A stretch of DNA of 63,877 bases, the filler included, from Octopus bimaculoides (taxonomy: Eukaryota): assembly GCF_001194135.2 (NCBI RefSeq). It is 4 parts of 4 records of this genome, joined end to end, with 100 filler letters (N's around TTAATTAATTAA, not from the genome) between each part and the next. Parts side by side here need not be neighbours in the genome. Positions count along the whole stretch, not along the records: positions 21,962 to 37,535 come from NC_068982.1; positions 37,636 to 57,193 come from NC_068985.1; 2 more parts are not named here. One strand, written 5' to 3'. Position 1 is the first letter of the stretch. Every line of letters starts with the position of its first letter. The position numbers and the translations under genes are program-made. This document shows positions 25,541-38,016 of this stretch, piece by piece. The notes beneath the pieces are model-generated. The model ran no database searches, was not told where the DNA came from, and saw only the letters and a list, made by a program, of their open reading frames with translations.

Positions 25541-26153
25541 CTTAAATGAATCTCTAATTATTCTGGCGTATTTTTCTCAAGTCCACTAAAGCGGTACGTT
25601 TTCAGTCCCAGTTTCACGGCCTACTTGTGTGCCAGGTACACCTCCCCCGAGTATGCCGCCAGCTTTTGAAACGAGCCGTAAACTGCGAAGACATTTGTAG
25701 ACGTTGGATGTGTCTTCATACACTACGCTGGCAAACTCGCACGCGCGCGTTTGTGTTTCAAATCAATTTTCATCGTCATGTTTTATCTATGATAAGCCAC
25801 CGTATTTGATGCTTGTTTTGCACTCAACAGCAAAACTATTCCTTAGTCAATTCAAACTAATAAGACCACTGGCTCTGATTGCATACATTTATATATGTGT
25901 GTGTTTGTGTGTTGTGCGTTGTGTGTGTTTGTGTGTATGTGTTTGTGTGTGTGTGTATGTGTGTGTATATATATATATATATACGTGTGTGTGTATATAT
26001 ATATACACACACATACACACACTCATATATTCATGGCTGCATGGCATATACCTGATGAGAAAACACTATGGGCAGTCACAGGACATTCGTAATATTAAGC
26101 AGCACGTATCCGTTGTGCTTTTACTCAGCAACCTCTTCCATCTCACATGTGCG

Positions 26154-26188
<35 letters not shown>

Positions 26189-26208
26189 CTTTTTATCCTT
26201 TCTAATGT

Positions 26209-26370
26209 TTTATTTGTTTCAGTCGTTCGACTGCGGCCATACTGGGGCAGCTGTGACATTTTTAAAGCTTCGTACTTAATCTATCGGTATTTTTTATTGA
26301 AACGCTAGTTTATAGGGACTTACAAACCGACACCGATTATCAAACGACGGTGGGTGACAAACACAGATAC
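26209..26370 (-). mobile_element. SINE family A, 3' part
   Basis: TTTGTTTCAGTCGTTCGACTGCGGCCATACTGG tail and GACAAACACAGATAC. Confidence 0.65.
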
Positions 26371-26371
26371 T

Positions 26372-27520
26372 TGACTGGTCTATAGAGGAAATCAACTCTA
26401 TAGATGCTAAAAACTTCATGGTTTTAAGATCAACTGGATACTTCCACAATGATATCGACAGGGTCTTCTTAAGAGAAGATGAAGGAGGTAGGGATTTGAG
26501 AGCAGTGTAGACAGACTTCGAATGTCGTATAGTCTCTCGCAGACAGCATCTGCGAAACAACAGCCAAAACAAACTTAGTTCTGAAAAGCGAAGAAAACAT
26601 CCGACGTTTGGGTAGTGAGCTTCTCAGGAAGCACTGTCTTCTTGATGACTTGCCATGCAACCCCAAAACAGCCGGAGGATCAAAGAAGACCCGAATGTCA
26701 AACGTTTAGTAGCACTTCCCCTACCACACATACACACACACAGAATAGGAAAACAGAAACTATGCATGGGTATGTTTCCTGAAGAAACGAGGAAGACAGT
26801 AATGTCGACAGAAAGAGCATCCTCCCTTGCACTCGTGACTGCTACACCACATCATTATGTTGGCTTTGCATTTTCAATCCGAAAACAGGAGACTGCTACA
26901 CGATACCTACTGAAAAAAAAAAAAAAAAGACAGTGGAGCCCTCAGAGCCCCAAGATACAACTGAAACTATATTTTATGTGATATTTCTATGGAAGCAGCT
27001 GCCCGAAAATATCATCAAGGCACTACTTCCCGATGCGAGAGGAAGTTGTTGCAAAAATACTATATAATGCCATTCGTAAAAAAGGACAGTCTCGAAATAA
27101 ATATAGAGAATTCCTCTGTTATTAAGTACATGTACAAACATCATCAAAAGGAACATTGGTGGAGCATTTCTACCAAAACGTCTGTCAAGTGTAAATATAA
27201 CAGGCCAGATATTGTTGTTTGAGACAGACATGAGGTAAAATGTACCGTCACAGACGTCAGCTGTCCTGTTGATGTGAATATCTCTTTGAAGGCCGAAGAG
27301 AAAGAGGATAACTTTGAAAGCTCCAGTTTCTATATCCAGATCATAAATTCACATTTATACCAATAATAATTGGTGCACTTGGTTTTGTGAGTAAATGCCT
27401 AGCTGTCATGCTGGATAACCAATGATTTTCAGAAAAGGAAATCAACCAGCTAATTCGCAACATTACAGTAAGTGGAATAGCAAAAATATCCGAGACTTTC
27501 CTCAAGTTTAAAATGTGAAA
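26372..27520 (+). mobile_element. RLE-type (R4/Dong-like) LINE, RT thumb to endonuclease
   Basis: WSIEEINSID..DIDRVFLREDEGGR; FAFSIRKQETATRYLL; EHWWSISTKTSVKCKYNRPDIVV; DVSCPVD; FIPIIIGALGFV; many stops. Confidence 0.85.
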
Positions 27521-29299
27521 TTATTTTCATCTACATTCCAGCTCCTTCTCCAAGGGAAGATTTCAAACAATTAAAAACAAAAGAGAACATACTTTAATTC
27601 TCGGCATTTCGAACCGAGCCGTTTTTTGCTTCTTAATCTTCGACAGTAAGAATCTTCTCATTCCGTTATCCCGACCAGGGATATTCTCGTACTTTACTAT
27701 TCTCTCAGTAGTGACGTTGCTTGCTCGTTCTGCTTCAATCACTGTTTATATTGCTTTGACTGACTCAGAAATTGAACTCACACCCACTAACTAACCAATT
27801 ACTCTTAACATATATTCAACGCTTATATTCACTGCCCCATTGACCAGCATGACCGACACATGAGAAAGGCCATAGGGTGGAACACTGAGAATAAAATAAA
27901 AAGACATTAGTCTGAATGTATTAATGTATAATAATAATAATTCCCGAAGAGGCTTGGAGGGTTCAAGGCTCATGTGTGGCCCACAGTGAAGTATTGATCC
28001 CATATCTGGAATAGCGCTGCTATTGCAGATACACACACGTATGTATGTATGTTTGAAACGCCGGTGTTAAAACGGGGGTAGCTGATGAAGGAAAATGTTC
28101 TCTATGTGGCTTGTGTGTTTTCTGTACTCTGGTTATTATTATTTTCTTGTCTACGTTTTGTTTGCAATGTCCTGTACCCAGATATGCACCTATATATACA
28201 GGTAGACGTAGGTATGCACATACCTGTACGTATATATGCATATACTCATTTATTATTTGTTTTTGCATATATATATATATNNNNNNNNNNNNNNNNNNNN
28301 NNNNNNNNNNNNNNNNNNNNNNNNNNNNNNNNNNNNNNNNNNNNNNNNNNNNNNNNNNNNNNNNNNNNNNNNNNNNNNNNNNNNNNNNNNNNNNNNNNNN
28401 NNNNNNNNNNNNNNNNNNNNNNNNNNNNNNNNNNNNNNNNNNNNNNNNNNNNNNNNNNNNNNNNNNNNNNNNNNNNNNNNNNNNNNNNNNNNNNNNNNNN
28501 NNNNNNNNNNNNNNNNNNNNNNNNNNNNNNNNNNNNNNNNNNNNNNNNNNNNNNNNNNNNNNNNNNNNNNNNNNNNNNNNNNNNNNNNNNNNNNNNNNNN
28601 NNNNNNNNNNNNNNNNNNNNNNNNNNNNNNNNNNNNNNNNNNNNNNNNNNNNNNNNNNNNNNNNNNNNNNNNNNNNNNNNNNNNNNNNNNNNNNNNNNNN
28701 NNNNNNNNNNNNNNNNNNNNNNNNNNNNNNNNNNNNNNNNNNNNNNNNNNNNNNNNNNNNNNNNNNNNNNNNNNNNNNNNNNNNNNNNNNNNNNNNNNNN
28801 NNNNNNNNNNNNNNNNNNNNNNNNNNNNNNNNNNNNNNNNNNNNNNNNNNNNNNNNNNNNNNNNNNNNNNNNNNNNNNNNNNNNNNNNNNNNNNNNNNNN
28901 NNNNNNNNNNNNNNNNNNNNNNNNNNNNNNNNNNNNNNNNNNNNNNNNNNNNNNNNNNNNNNNNNNNNNNNNNNNNNNNNNNNNNNNNNNNNNNNNNNNN
29001 NNNNNNNNNNNNNNNNNNNNNNNNNNNNNNNNNNNNNNNNNNNNNNNNNNNNNNNNNNNNNNNNNNNNNNNNNNNNNNNNNNNNNNNNNNNNNNNNNNNN
29101 NNNNNNNNNNNNNNNNNNNNNNNNNNNNNNNNNNNNNNNNNNNNNNNNNNNNNNNNNNNNNNNNNNNNNNNNNNNNNNNNNNNNNNNNNNNNNNNNNNNN
29201 NNNNNNNNNNNNNNNNNNNNNNNNNNNNNNNNNNNNNNNNNNNNNNNNNNNNNNNNNNNNNNNNNNNNNNNNNNNNATAAGTGTGTATGACTTTGTTTA

Positions 29300-29471
29300 T
29301 CAGTTTGTGCCCAGCACTGCTTGACAGCCAGAGTTGGTTTGTTTACAATATCGCAACGTAGCGGTTCGGCAAAAAGTACCCGATAGAACAAGTACTAGAT
29401 TGAGTAAAAAAAATATACATACCTCAGCATGGCTGCAGTCTAATGGCTAAAACAAATATTAATAAAAGATA
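29300..29471 (+). mobile_element. SINE family A, 3' part
   Basis: TAGCGGTTCGGCAAAAAG..CCGATAGAA.AAGTACTAG and CAGCATGGCTGCAGTC tail. Confidence 0.7.
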
Positions 29472-29918
29472 CATGTGTGTATAAATAAATGTATGCGTGT
29501 ATATACATATACAGACAAACATATTGATTGATAGATATCAATCAATATGTTTGTCTGTCTGTCTCTGTTTATTGAACTATAACAATACGTGTGTATGTGT
29601 TTGTGTGTGTGTATGTGTGTGTGTATGTTTGTGTAATTGTCTGTGTATGTATTTATTTATGTATATGTATGTGTGGAAGTGTCCATTTAGTGTACTATAT
29701 ATGATCACCACTAAAGAAAAGAACTCAATATATTTAAAGAGTAACAATTATCTATAAAGTGCTGAAAAGTTCAATGAGTTACAGTGACTAGCGATTTGCA
29801 GGGACTAATGATGTTACATGATTAAGAAATTCATTCTGTGAAGGAGGAAACTAGCCGTTGCTATGGGTCATTGAAGCATTTTAATAGATATGCACGCACG
29901 CACACACACACACACACA

Positions 29919-29962
<44 letters not shown>

Positions 29963-30516
29963 GATATATACAGACGTTGTGATATATACCCTGCTGACAC
30001 ATATACACGCTGTAAACTACTCTTTATCGCCCACTACTTGAGACGCAATTTATAAATATCTTCTTATCGTAAATGAACTCTGAACTTGATCGCATGTCTG
30101 CATGTGTGTGTGTGTGTGTTTGTGTGTGTGTCTGCATGTGGATGTGTGTGTGTAAGTTACTGTGTGTGCGTGTGTGTGTATGTGTGCGTTTGTGTTTCTG
30201 TGTGTGTGTGGAGAGTGCATCTGTGTGTGTTGTGTGTCCGTATTTATGTGTTTGGGCTAATGTATGCCTGTGTTTGTGTGTGTATGTTTATGTGTGTGTG
30301 TGCGTTAATATATGTGGCATGTATATTCATGCGTATGTGTATGTGTGTGTGTGTATGTGTGTCTAAGTGTGCGTATAAAACAGCCGTACAAATGATAAAT
30401 GTAACTTATATTTTAGTCCGAGTCATAAGATCGTACGAAACTCTCTTTATGTCACGGCACAAATTCTGCCGATTAAAAAATAATGATAGAATTGTATTAT
30501 TACATATACACACTAT

Positions 30517-30733
30517 GCGGAGAGCCGATAGAACAGTTAGCGCACCGGACAAAATGTTTAGCGGTATTCTGTCCGTCTTTATGTTCTGAGTTCAAACCCC
30601 GTCAAGGTCGACTTCGCCTTTCATCCTTTCGGGGTCCATAAAATAATAACTAGTTGAATATTGGGTCGATGTAATCGACTAGTTCCCTCTCTCAGAATTT
30701 CAGCCCTTATACCGATAGGAGAAAAGTTTATTA
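30517..30733 (+). mobile_element. SINE family B
   Basis: tRNA-like head, B-box GAGTTCAAACCC, core GTCGACTTCGCCTTTCATCCTTTCGGGGTC. Confidence 0.85.
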
Positions 30734-30766
30734 CAAACACTCAGACACGTACACACATGCAGTACA

Positions 30767-30806
<40 letters not shown>

Positions 30807-30894
30807 TACCTCTCATTGTTATGTAAGTCTATTCGAGTTTGACCGGTCACCTACTTGGTAACAAAGTTGTGAAGGAATGTACCTTGTTTTAACC

Positions 30895-33215
30895 ATCATC
30901 CTTTAAATCTTAAGAAGGTCTTGCAGGATTTTAGAGTCCCAGATACCTTGATCACTTGTAGAGAATGAATTAAGGATGTGCATTTTCTCCCCAAAATTCC
31001 AAGTTCAGCCATACTTTCCTCCAGACGGAGTTATGTATCCAATCATAATGTGTATGAAACTGAAACTGTATCTTGGGTACTAAATTTGCAAACTCCTGTA
31101 TTTTTCGAACCACACTGTTGTCCAGAGGGCAGCCGATTTCCACAGCAGAATATATTTTTTCCTTGAGGTCCCACACAACAATATCGGTTTCAATAAAGTC
31201 AACTTCGTCTGTAGGTGTTTTCTTCTTTTTATTATCTTGTCCCTGGCTGTTCTGGTCACTGCATCATGCCTCATGGGAAGGTGATATCTAGAAGACATTC
31301 TCCCGCAGGTAGCAATAATGTGATTGATATTGATGCCGTCAGTCTTGGTCTTGCACAACCTACGTTTGCTGTCTGTCAACATTTTCTGCATTTTATGCTG
31401 TAGGTACTTTGCGGAGATCTATTCTTTGATTCCATGGATGTAGCCTTCGAAGTGAGATGTTATAAATTTATCGGTACTCCATGCTAAGCTTTTGACATGG
31501 TCAATCCCTTGTATGTTTTTTCGTGCCAATTACCCATGTACTATCTTCTCAGTGAACTGGTCCATTTTTTTTCATTCTCTTGTTCTGATAAACAGATTTT
31601 ACCAATGCTCCTAGGGGAGAGATTTGTATCAGCTCTTATTTCATATCTCTCCTGAGGCTCATTAGCTATCGTAATTATGTTTCATGGTCACACACCTGGG
31701 AAAAATAGGTACTGGTCTCTTTCGGTGTCACTACGTGCTTCATATGACATCAATACATATTTGAGACTATAGCCACCATTCTTACATGGGAAATATAGCT
31801 TATCTATATCTCCATTGATGTTGAAATTTCCTATAACACTGAGCAGCTTGCGAGTTCGAGAGTCTATCTCATTGAATTCTTGTAGTGACCAGTTCAGAAG
31901 GCCACTGCAAATGTGTTGTGGGCAATAGGCTTGCTGCAAGCTGTAGAGTTCTGATGACCATATTTTCTTTTCTCGCCTGAGGTATTCACTTCTTGTCCTC
32001 TCCTTATTTATGGGTCCATCATATCTGATATTCTCATCTTGTCCAAGACACCTGTAATTGTCACCTGAGTGTAGAAGTTGTATTGTCAAGCCGTTTATTC
32101 TTAGGCTTTCAGGGGAGGGCGCAGCTTTTCCATGTTTTATTGTTAAAAATGCACATAGGCGTAGGAGTGGCTGCGTGGTAAGTAGCTAGCTTACGAACAA
32201 CATGGGTCCGGGTTCAGTCCCACTGCGTGGCACCTTGGGCAAGTGTCTTCTACTATGGCCTCGGGCCGACCAAACCTTGTGAGTGGATTTGGTAGACGGA
32301 AACTGAAAGAAGCCCGTCGTATATATGTATATATGTATGTGTGTATATATGTTTGTGTGTCTGTGTTTGTCCCCCCAACATCGCTTGACAACCGATGCTG
32401 GTGTGTTTACTTCCCCGTAACTTAGCGGTTCGGCAAAAGAGACCGGTAGAATAAGTACTAGGCTTACAAAGAATAAGTCCTGGGGTTGATTTGTTCGATT
32501 AAAGGCGGTGCTCCAGCATGGCCCTGCAAATTTCATTCCAATTTCTGTAGAAAATTGGGTTATAAGGTACAATTGTTTAGCCCATACAGTTTCAGGTCGT
32601 CGACAAAGAAAAGATGGGAAATACTTCTGGATCCATTTCTGTGGCCACTATGTTTTGTAAGCAGATGTGATAGTGGGTTTAATGAGAGAATAAAGAGCAA
32701 AAGCGACAGGCTATCACCCTGAAACATACCGTTTCATAGTGTATGCAATCGGACTCAATTTGTTTCTTATCACTCCTAAGGGGCAAAGTGGTGTGCCAAG
32801 TATTAATAATCCACCCATGTGGAATTCTATCAAAAGCCTTCTGGTAGTCCAGTCGCGCTACAGTTAAGTTCCTGCGATCATTTACTGTTTTTCGTATGTA
32901 TGTATGTATGTATACACATATTAATATGTATGTGTGCATATATGTATATATTTAAATATATATGTCAAAAATTATCGGCACTTTCTCCAGAACTTTCTTT
33001 AGGTTGGCCACACTGCTGCGTTTGCATGCTAAAAGGTGGTATTCTAGTAGTTACCTACTCCAAGCAATATGGTGAAGCTTTGATAAGGATATGTTGCTGA
33101 TAAATTTCTCGATCAAGTATTGACCGATTAATACGCGATTATTACATCGCAGAACTATGTAATACCAAGGTATCCGAAACGTCCGTAAGCTGATTACAAA
33201 TGTATAATTCTCCGT
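30895..33215 (-). mobile_element. RLE-type (R4/Dong-like) LINE, RT to endonuclease, split by a SINE and a microsatellite
   Basis: LDYQKAFDRIPHGWII, GMFQGDSLSLLLFILSLNPLSHLL, FVDDLKL, FSTEIGMKF, CAFLTIKHGK, DNYRCLGQDEN, NWSLQE..RTRKLL..DIDKLY..KNGG, RLCK..NHIIATC..LPMRHD. Confidence 0.9.
32157..32523 (+). mobile_element. SINE family A, well preserved, nested in the LINE
   Basis: A-box TGGCTGCGTGG, B-box GGTTCAGTCCC, core CCTTGTGAGTGGATTTGGTAGACGGAAACTG, internal TA/TG repeat; tail truncated at CAGCATGGCC. Confidence 0.92.
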
Positions 33216-33229
33216 TATGTGTGTATATA

Positions 33230-33309
<80 letters not shown>

Positions 33310-33333
33310 TGTGTACATACATACATTTCCATA

Positions 33334-33530
33334 TACGAGGGGGTGCCGAAAAGCTCTTGGCCTTGGGTAAAAGAAAATACAGGAGGATCAGTATTCCCCT
33401 CTCAGATTCACACACTCATTGCAGCGGTCCTTCAGTTTCCTAAGCCCTGTAAGAGAATTTGGAAGATCAGGCCTCCAACCAGGCCTTTCCTTATACCCTT
33501 AAAGCCAGGAAATTTTCAGCATCTCTCGTA
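33334..33530. mobile_element. Mariner-derived MITE (197 bp)
   Basis: TIRs TACGAGGGGGTGCCGAAAAGCTCTTGGC vs TACGAGAGATGCTGAAAATTTCCTGGC (reverse complement); TA at both ends. Confidence 0.8.
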
Positions 33531-33544
33531 TATATATATATATA

Positions 33545-33788
33545 TTTATATGTAAAAGGTTGAAGAGGAACACACGAGTAGATATATATGGAAAAAAGAC
33601 AAAGTAGAAAATGCTAAAATACTTTTATAAAGAACATTACAGAACCGGTTTCGATCCTTGAGATCTTTTCAACAGTAAATATGAATAATAGATTTTTGAA
33701 AAATTATTGAAAAATTAAATTTTGGTAAATTTAAAAGAAAAGTCTTTTTAAAGACATATTTGTATAGTATTCAAGTAACAGCGGCATT
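33545..33788 (-). mobile_element. Penelope-like terminal repeat (pLTR) fragment
   Basis: Reverse complement of ~33570-33655 aligns with 62142-62225, the leader of the Penelope RT element (GAAACCGGT.CTG.AATGTT.TTTATAAAA.TATTTTAGCATTTTCTAC). Confidence 0.7.
33637..33678 (-). ncRNA. Degenerate minimal type I hammerhead-like motif
   Basis: TTACTG-TTGAAAA-GATC-TCAAG-GATC-GAAA-CCGG-TT-CTGTAA: stem I 5/6 bp, stem II 4 bp, palindromic stem III; core differs from CUGANGA at 2 positions. Confidence 0.55.
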
Positions 33789-34547
33789 NNNNNNNNNNNN
33801 NNNNNNNNNNNNNNNNNNNNNNNNNNNNNNNNNNNNNNNNNNNNNNNNNNNNNNNNNNNNNNNNNNNNNNNNNNNNNNNNNNNNNNNNNNNNNNNNNNNN
33901 NNNNNNNNNNNNNNNNNNNNNNNNNNNNNNNNNNNNNNNNNNNNNNNNNNNNNNNNNNNNNNNNNNNNNNNNNNNNNNNNNNNNNNNNNNNNNNNNNNNN
34001 NNNNNNNNNNNNNNNNNNNNNNNNNNNNNNNNNNNNNNNNNNNNNNNNNNNNNNNNNNNNNNNNNNNNNNNNNNNNNNNNNNNNNNNNNNNNNNNNNNNN
34101 NNNNNNNNNNNNNNNNNNNNNNNNNNNNNNNNNNNNNNNNNNNNNNNNNNNNNNNNNNNNNNNNNNNNNNNNNNNNNNNNNNNNNNNNNNNNNNNNNNNN
34201 NNNNNNNNNNNNNNNNNNNNNNNNNNNNNNNNNNNNNNNNNNNNNNNNNNNNNNNNNNNNNNNNNNNNNNNNNNNNNNNNNNNNNNNNNNNNNNNNNNNN
34301 NNNNNNNNNNNNNNNNNNNNNNNNNNNNNNNNNNNNNNNNNNNNNNNNNNNNNNNNNNNNNNNNNNNNNNNNNNNNNNNNNNNNNNNNNNNNNNNNNNNN
34401 NNNNNNNNNNNNNNNNNNNNNNNNNNNNNNNNNNNNNNNNNNNNNNNNNNNNNNNNNNNNNNNNNNNNNNNNNNNNNNNNNNNNNNNNNNNNNNNNNNNN
34501 NNNNNNNNNNNNNNNNNNNNNNNNNNNNNNNNNNNNNNNNNNNNNNN

Positions 34548-34611
<64 letters not shown>

Positions 34612-35520
34612 AAATCAAGATTCAGAGTTCTTGAAGCCAATGCCAGACGACAAATCTTCTGTTGCGGTGATCGGAGTATCAGTTGTATATGTGTCAATAA
34701 GATTGCAGCCACTTTCACAGTTTCTTCATTCCTGATGAATATGGAAATTGTAGTTTCGGCGGAGCAGCTGTGATTTTCCGGTTGACTGTGCGGCTGCGTC
34801 CTACTTAAGCTACCGTCGCTATCGAAAAAGTGGAGTTTTCGTCCTGTGATCCTGGTGTATATTTTCAGCTTTGTCAGGAACAAACCTACCAGTAAAGTGG
34901 ATAGGGATCGCAGAACGTGGATTTATTCGGTAGCAATCGATAGCCGCCAACATATGTATGCATGTATGCATGTATGTATTGTCCTGAGTATGACTTTAAA
35001 CTGTATCCAGTATTGGGGCTCTGGTTCAAAAGTTCCAGGGTTTTTGAGGAATGTGGAACAACTTCTTAGCCACTATTGCCCCCAGGTCTACTCTTACTCC
35101 GAGTAGTAGCATCTGTCGGGGTCCCAGCTATGGGTTAACTAGCATATGAGTGACAGGACGTAAAAATACTTGGGCTGGTGTCCGAGGGAGCAGTAAGCCC
35201 ACTGGGAGTGAGGGACCCCTGGTCTTTGTTAAACCATGCATCTAGGAGAAGGCTAACTCGTATATAAAGCTCGCTGCTCTACTGAGCCGGATAATTTGCT
35301 CTTAGCATGTCTCAGAGCTCCTTGGTTTTGTTTCTGAGAGTCGCTGTGGTGTTGTGCAAGTCGCACTTCACTTATAACCACTACACGAGCATTGCTGACT
35401 CTTAACTTGTCAGCGATGGCCATGCTCGTCTAACGAGTAGACAACCATCATATATGTATGTGTATCTAGGTGTGTATATCTAAGTATGTGCGTATGCAAG
35501 TATGTAGGTATGTAAGTACA

Positions 35521-35544
35521 CATACACACACGCACACACACACA

Positions 35545-35586
<42 letters not shown>
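35521..35586. repeat. Self-complementary (CA)n-CACGTG-(TG)n microsatellite
   Basis: Direct reading. Confidence 0.9.
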
Positions 35587-35589
<3 letters not shown>

Positions 35590-35963
35590 TTCTGCTTGCA
35601 TGTCTTTCGGTAGGTCTGATTTTCTGTCTGTCCATCTGAGAACTAATTTGTGAAAGCTTTTATTTTCACCACCATCACAGTCACATTCACATTCACCACG
35701 CACATTCGTGTGCGCACACGCACTCACACACACGCACGCACGAACACATATACAAACACTCGCACACATACAAGCGTATATATATATATATACATATGTA
35801 TACATGTGTACGTGTGTCTGTTTATATATAGAGATTAAGACAGATAGATAGATAGATAGATAGGTAGATAGATAGGTAGGTAGATAGGTAGGTAGAAGGA
35901 TTGACGGATAGCTAGCTAGGTAGATAGATATGTACACACACGCATCCATATATGTATATATAT

Positions 35964-36011
<48 letters not shown>

Positions 36012-36078
36012 TCCAATACACACACTCACACTCACACACTCAGACGCACGCGCACGCACACGTGCGCACACACACAAC

Positions 36079-36111
<33 letters not shown>

Positions 36112-36482
36112 ACACACACACGCCATGCTGCTACGTCAGTAAACATCAGCAGGACTCTTACACTGAACAGGATGTGAGCTGCTATATCCGGTACAGGAGA
36201 AAACTGCCGACAACTCTGCTGCGCGTTTTATATCAACTTCCGGTCTACTGGCCGATAAGACAAACCAGGTGGGAATTTAGAGTGTACACTAAATACATGA
36301 TGCATATACGCGTGCGTGTAGAAGCTTTAATGTGTACAAGTGTCTCACTATACACATGTATGTGTGTATAAAGTGAGTGCATAAATATCAACGTATATCA
36401 GTGTGTATGACTGCGTATATAAACACATATACTTCTTTGGACACAGCATATATGCGTGTGTGCGTATGTGTGTGTGTATATG

Positions 36483-36551
<69 letters not shown>

Positions 36552-36559
36552 TATATATG

Positions 36560-36595
<36 letters not shown>

Positions 36596-36839
36596 CGTGT
36601 ATGTATGTATGTATGTATGTATGTATGTATGTATGTATGTATACACGTCTATATTAATTTTTGTATATAAATGTTTATCGTATATCTATTAGGCTATATA
36701 CAGGAATATAGAAATGCGAAATAAACAAACATCTGTATTATTTTATACATATAGCATGAACGTATAACTTGTGACATAACGTAAGCAGAACTACACGTGT
36801 GTTCATCATAGAGTTGTATATGCACATTTGTGTATATAT

Positions 36840-36880
<41 letters not shown>

Positions 36881-37200
36881 ATTATCTTTGGAATAATGGA
36901 TCTCGAAGTACATAAAACTAGAAATGATAGCATGTATATATTGGGTTGAACACTCCTCATGGATAGAAAAAAATCGAAGGTTGAATGTGGTACGGTAGGA
37001 CGCCTGTCGTGTGTACAGGTGTAGATGGTTTGTGTTGCTCGGGCAGCCTTAGCTTTTTCGATCCAAAAGATTTTTTTCGACCCAATATTTTATGCTACTT
37101 TTTATAGCATTATGTGTTCCGAAATTCATTATTGCAAAACCGCATCTTTTTCACGTTCTCCGAAAAGTTTATAAATTTTTTATGACGTCATCAATATGCA

Positions 37201-37247
<47 letters not shown>

Positions 37248-37535
37248 TTTTTTTCGCCCCCCTCGAAAAGAAAAACTCTACATTTGTATTTTGTCCCTTC
37301 TATGTTGAGCCCTGTGTGGTTAATAAAGAAACATATCTATCTATCTATCTATCTCTTCTCACGGACGTGCTGTCACATCGGCTGCGAAGGTAAACGTTTA
37401 TTTGACCTTTTATTGTCCACATTTTGTTGGAATTTTTTAATAATTTTGTTGCGAAGCACCTAGGCTTCATTTTTGTGTATTTTCAAGGGCAGGAATTGGC
37501 CCCCAGGGGCAGTTTCGGCCCTAGCAAATACAAAA

Positions 37536-37635
37536 NNNNNNNNNNNNNNNNNNNNNNNNNNNNNNNNNNNNNNNNNNNNTTAATTAATTAANNNNNNNNN
37601 NNNNNNNNNNNNNNNNNNNNNNNNNNNNNNNNNNN
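37536..37635. other. Artificial 100-nt scaffold join (44N-TTAATTAATTAA-44N)
   Basis: As at 21862. Confidence 0.92.
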
Positions 37636-38016
37636 ATAGGCTGAGATGACAGTAGCTAATCTATGATGAAGCACTAGTCTGATCTTAAGTACTCTGTCAC
37701 TTACTCTAACGACCTCGATTACCTTATCCACCCATTTCTCCGCTAGAAGTATTCCTACGCCCCCGACCCCGTCAGTGTTCCCTGCCCAGAAAATCTTGTA
37801 CCTGTGTTCTTTGCCTGTGAGGAACCTTGCAGAACCTCCTCTCCATCTTACTTCCTGGATGCAGCACATATCTACGCATCTCCGTTCAAGCATCTCAACA
37901 ATTTCACCAGATCTACCTTTCAGCGTGCCGACGTTGAGAGTGCCAATCCTAACAGTATGGGTGTTGGGGGTGTGGGCCTGTAGCCTGGGAAGGGGAAAAG
38001 CAGTGTCGTGTGCCAT
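37636..38016 (-). mobile_element. RTE-clade LINE, N-terminal APE endonuclease ORF, uninterrupted to the gap
   Basis: ATG at 38016; RIGTLNVGTLKGRSGEIVEMLERRCVDMCCIQEVRWRG..GVGGVGILL..VRVSDRVLKIRL..TVISAY. Confidence 0.95.

Noticed and set aside
25600-25740. Kinase-like GEVYLAH...AVK on the minus strand
   Set aside because: No Gly-rich loop, an in-frame stop before AVK and no other kinase subdomains nearby
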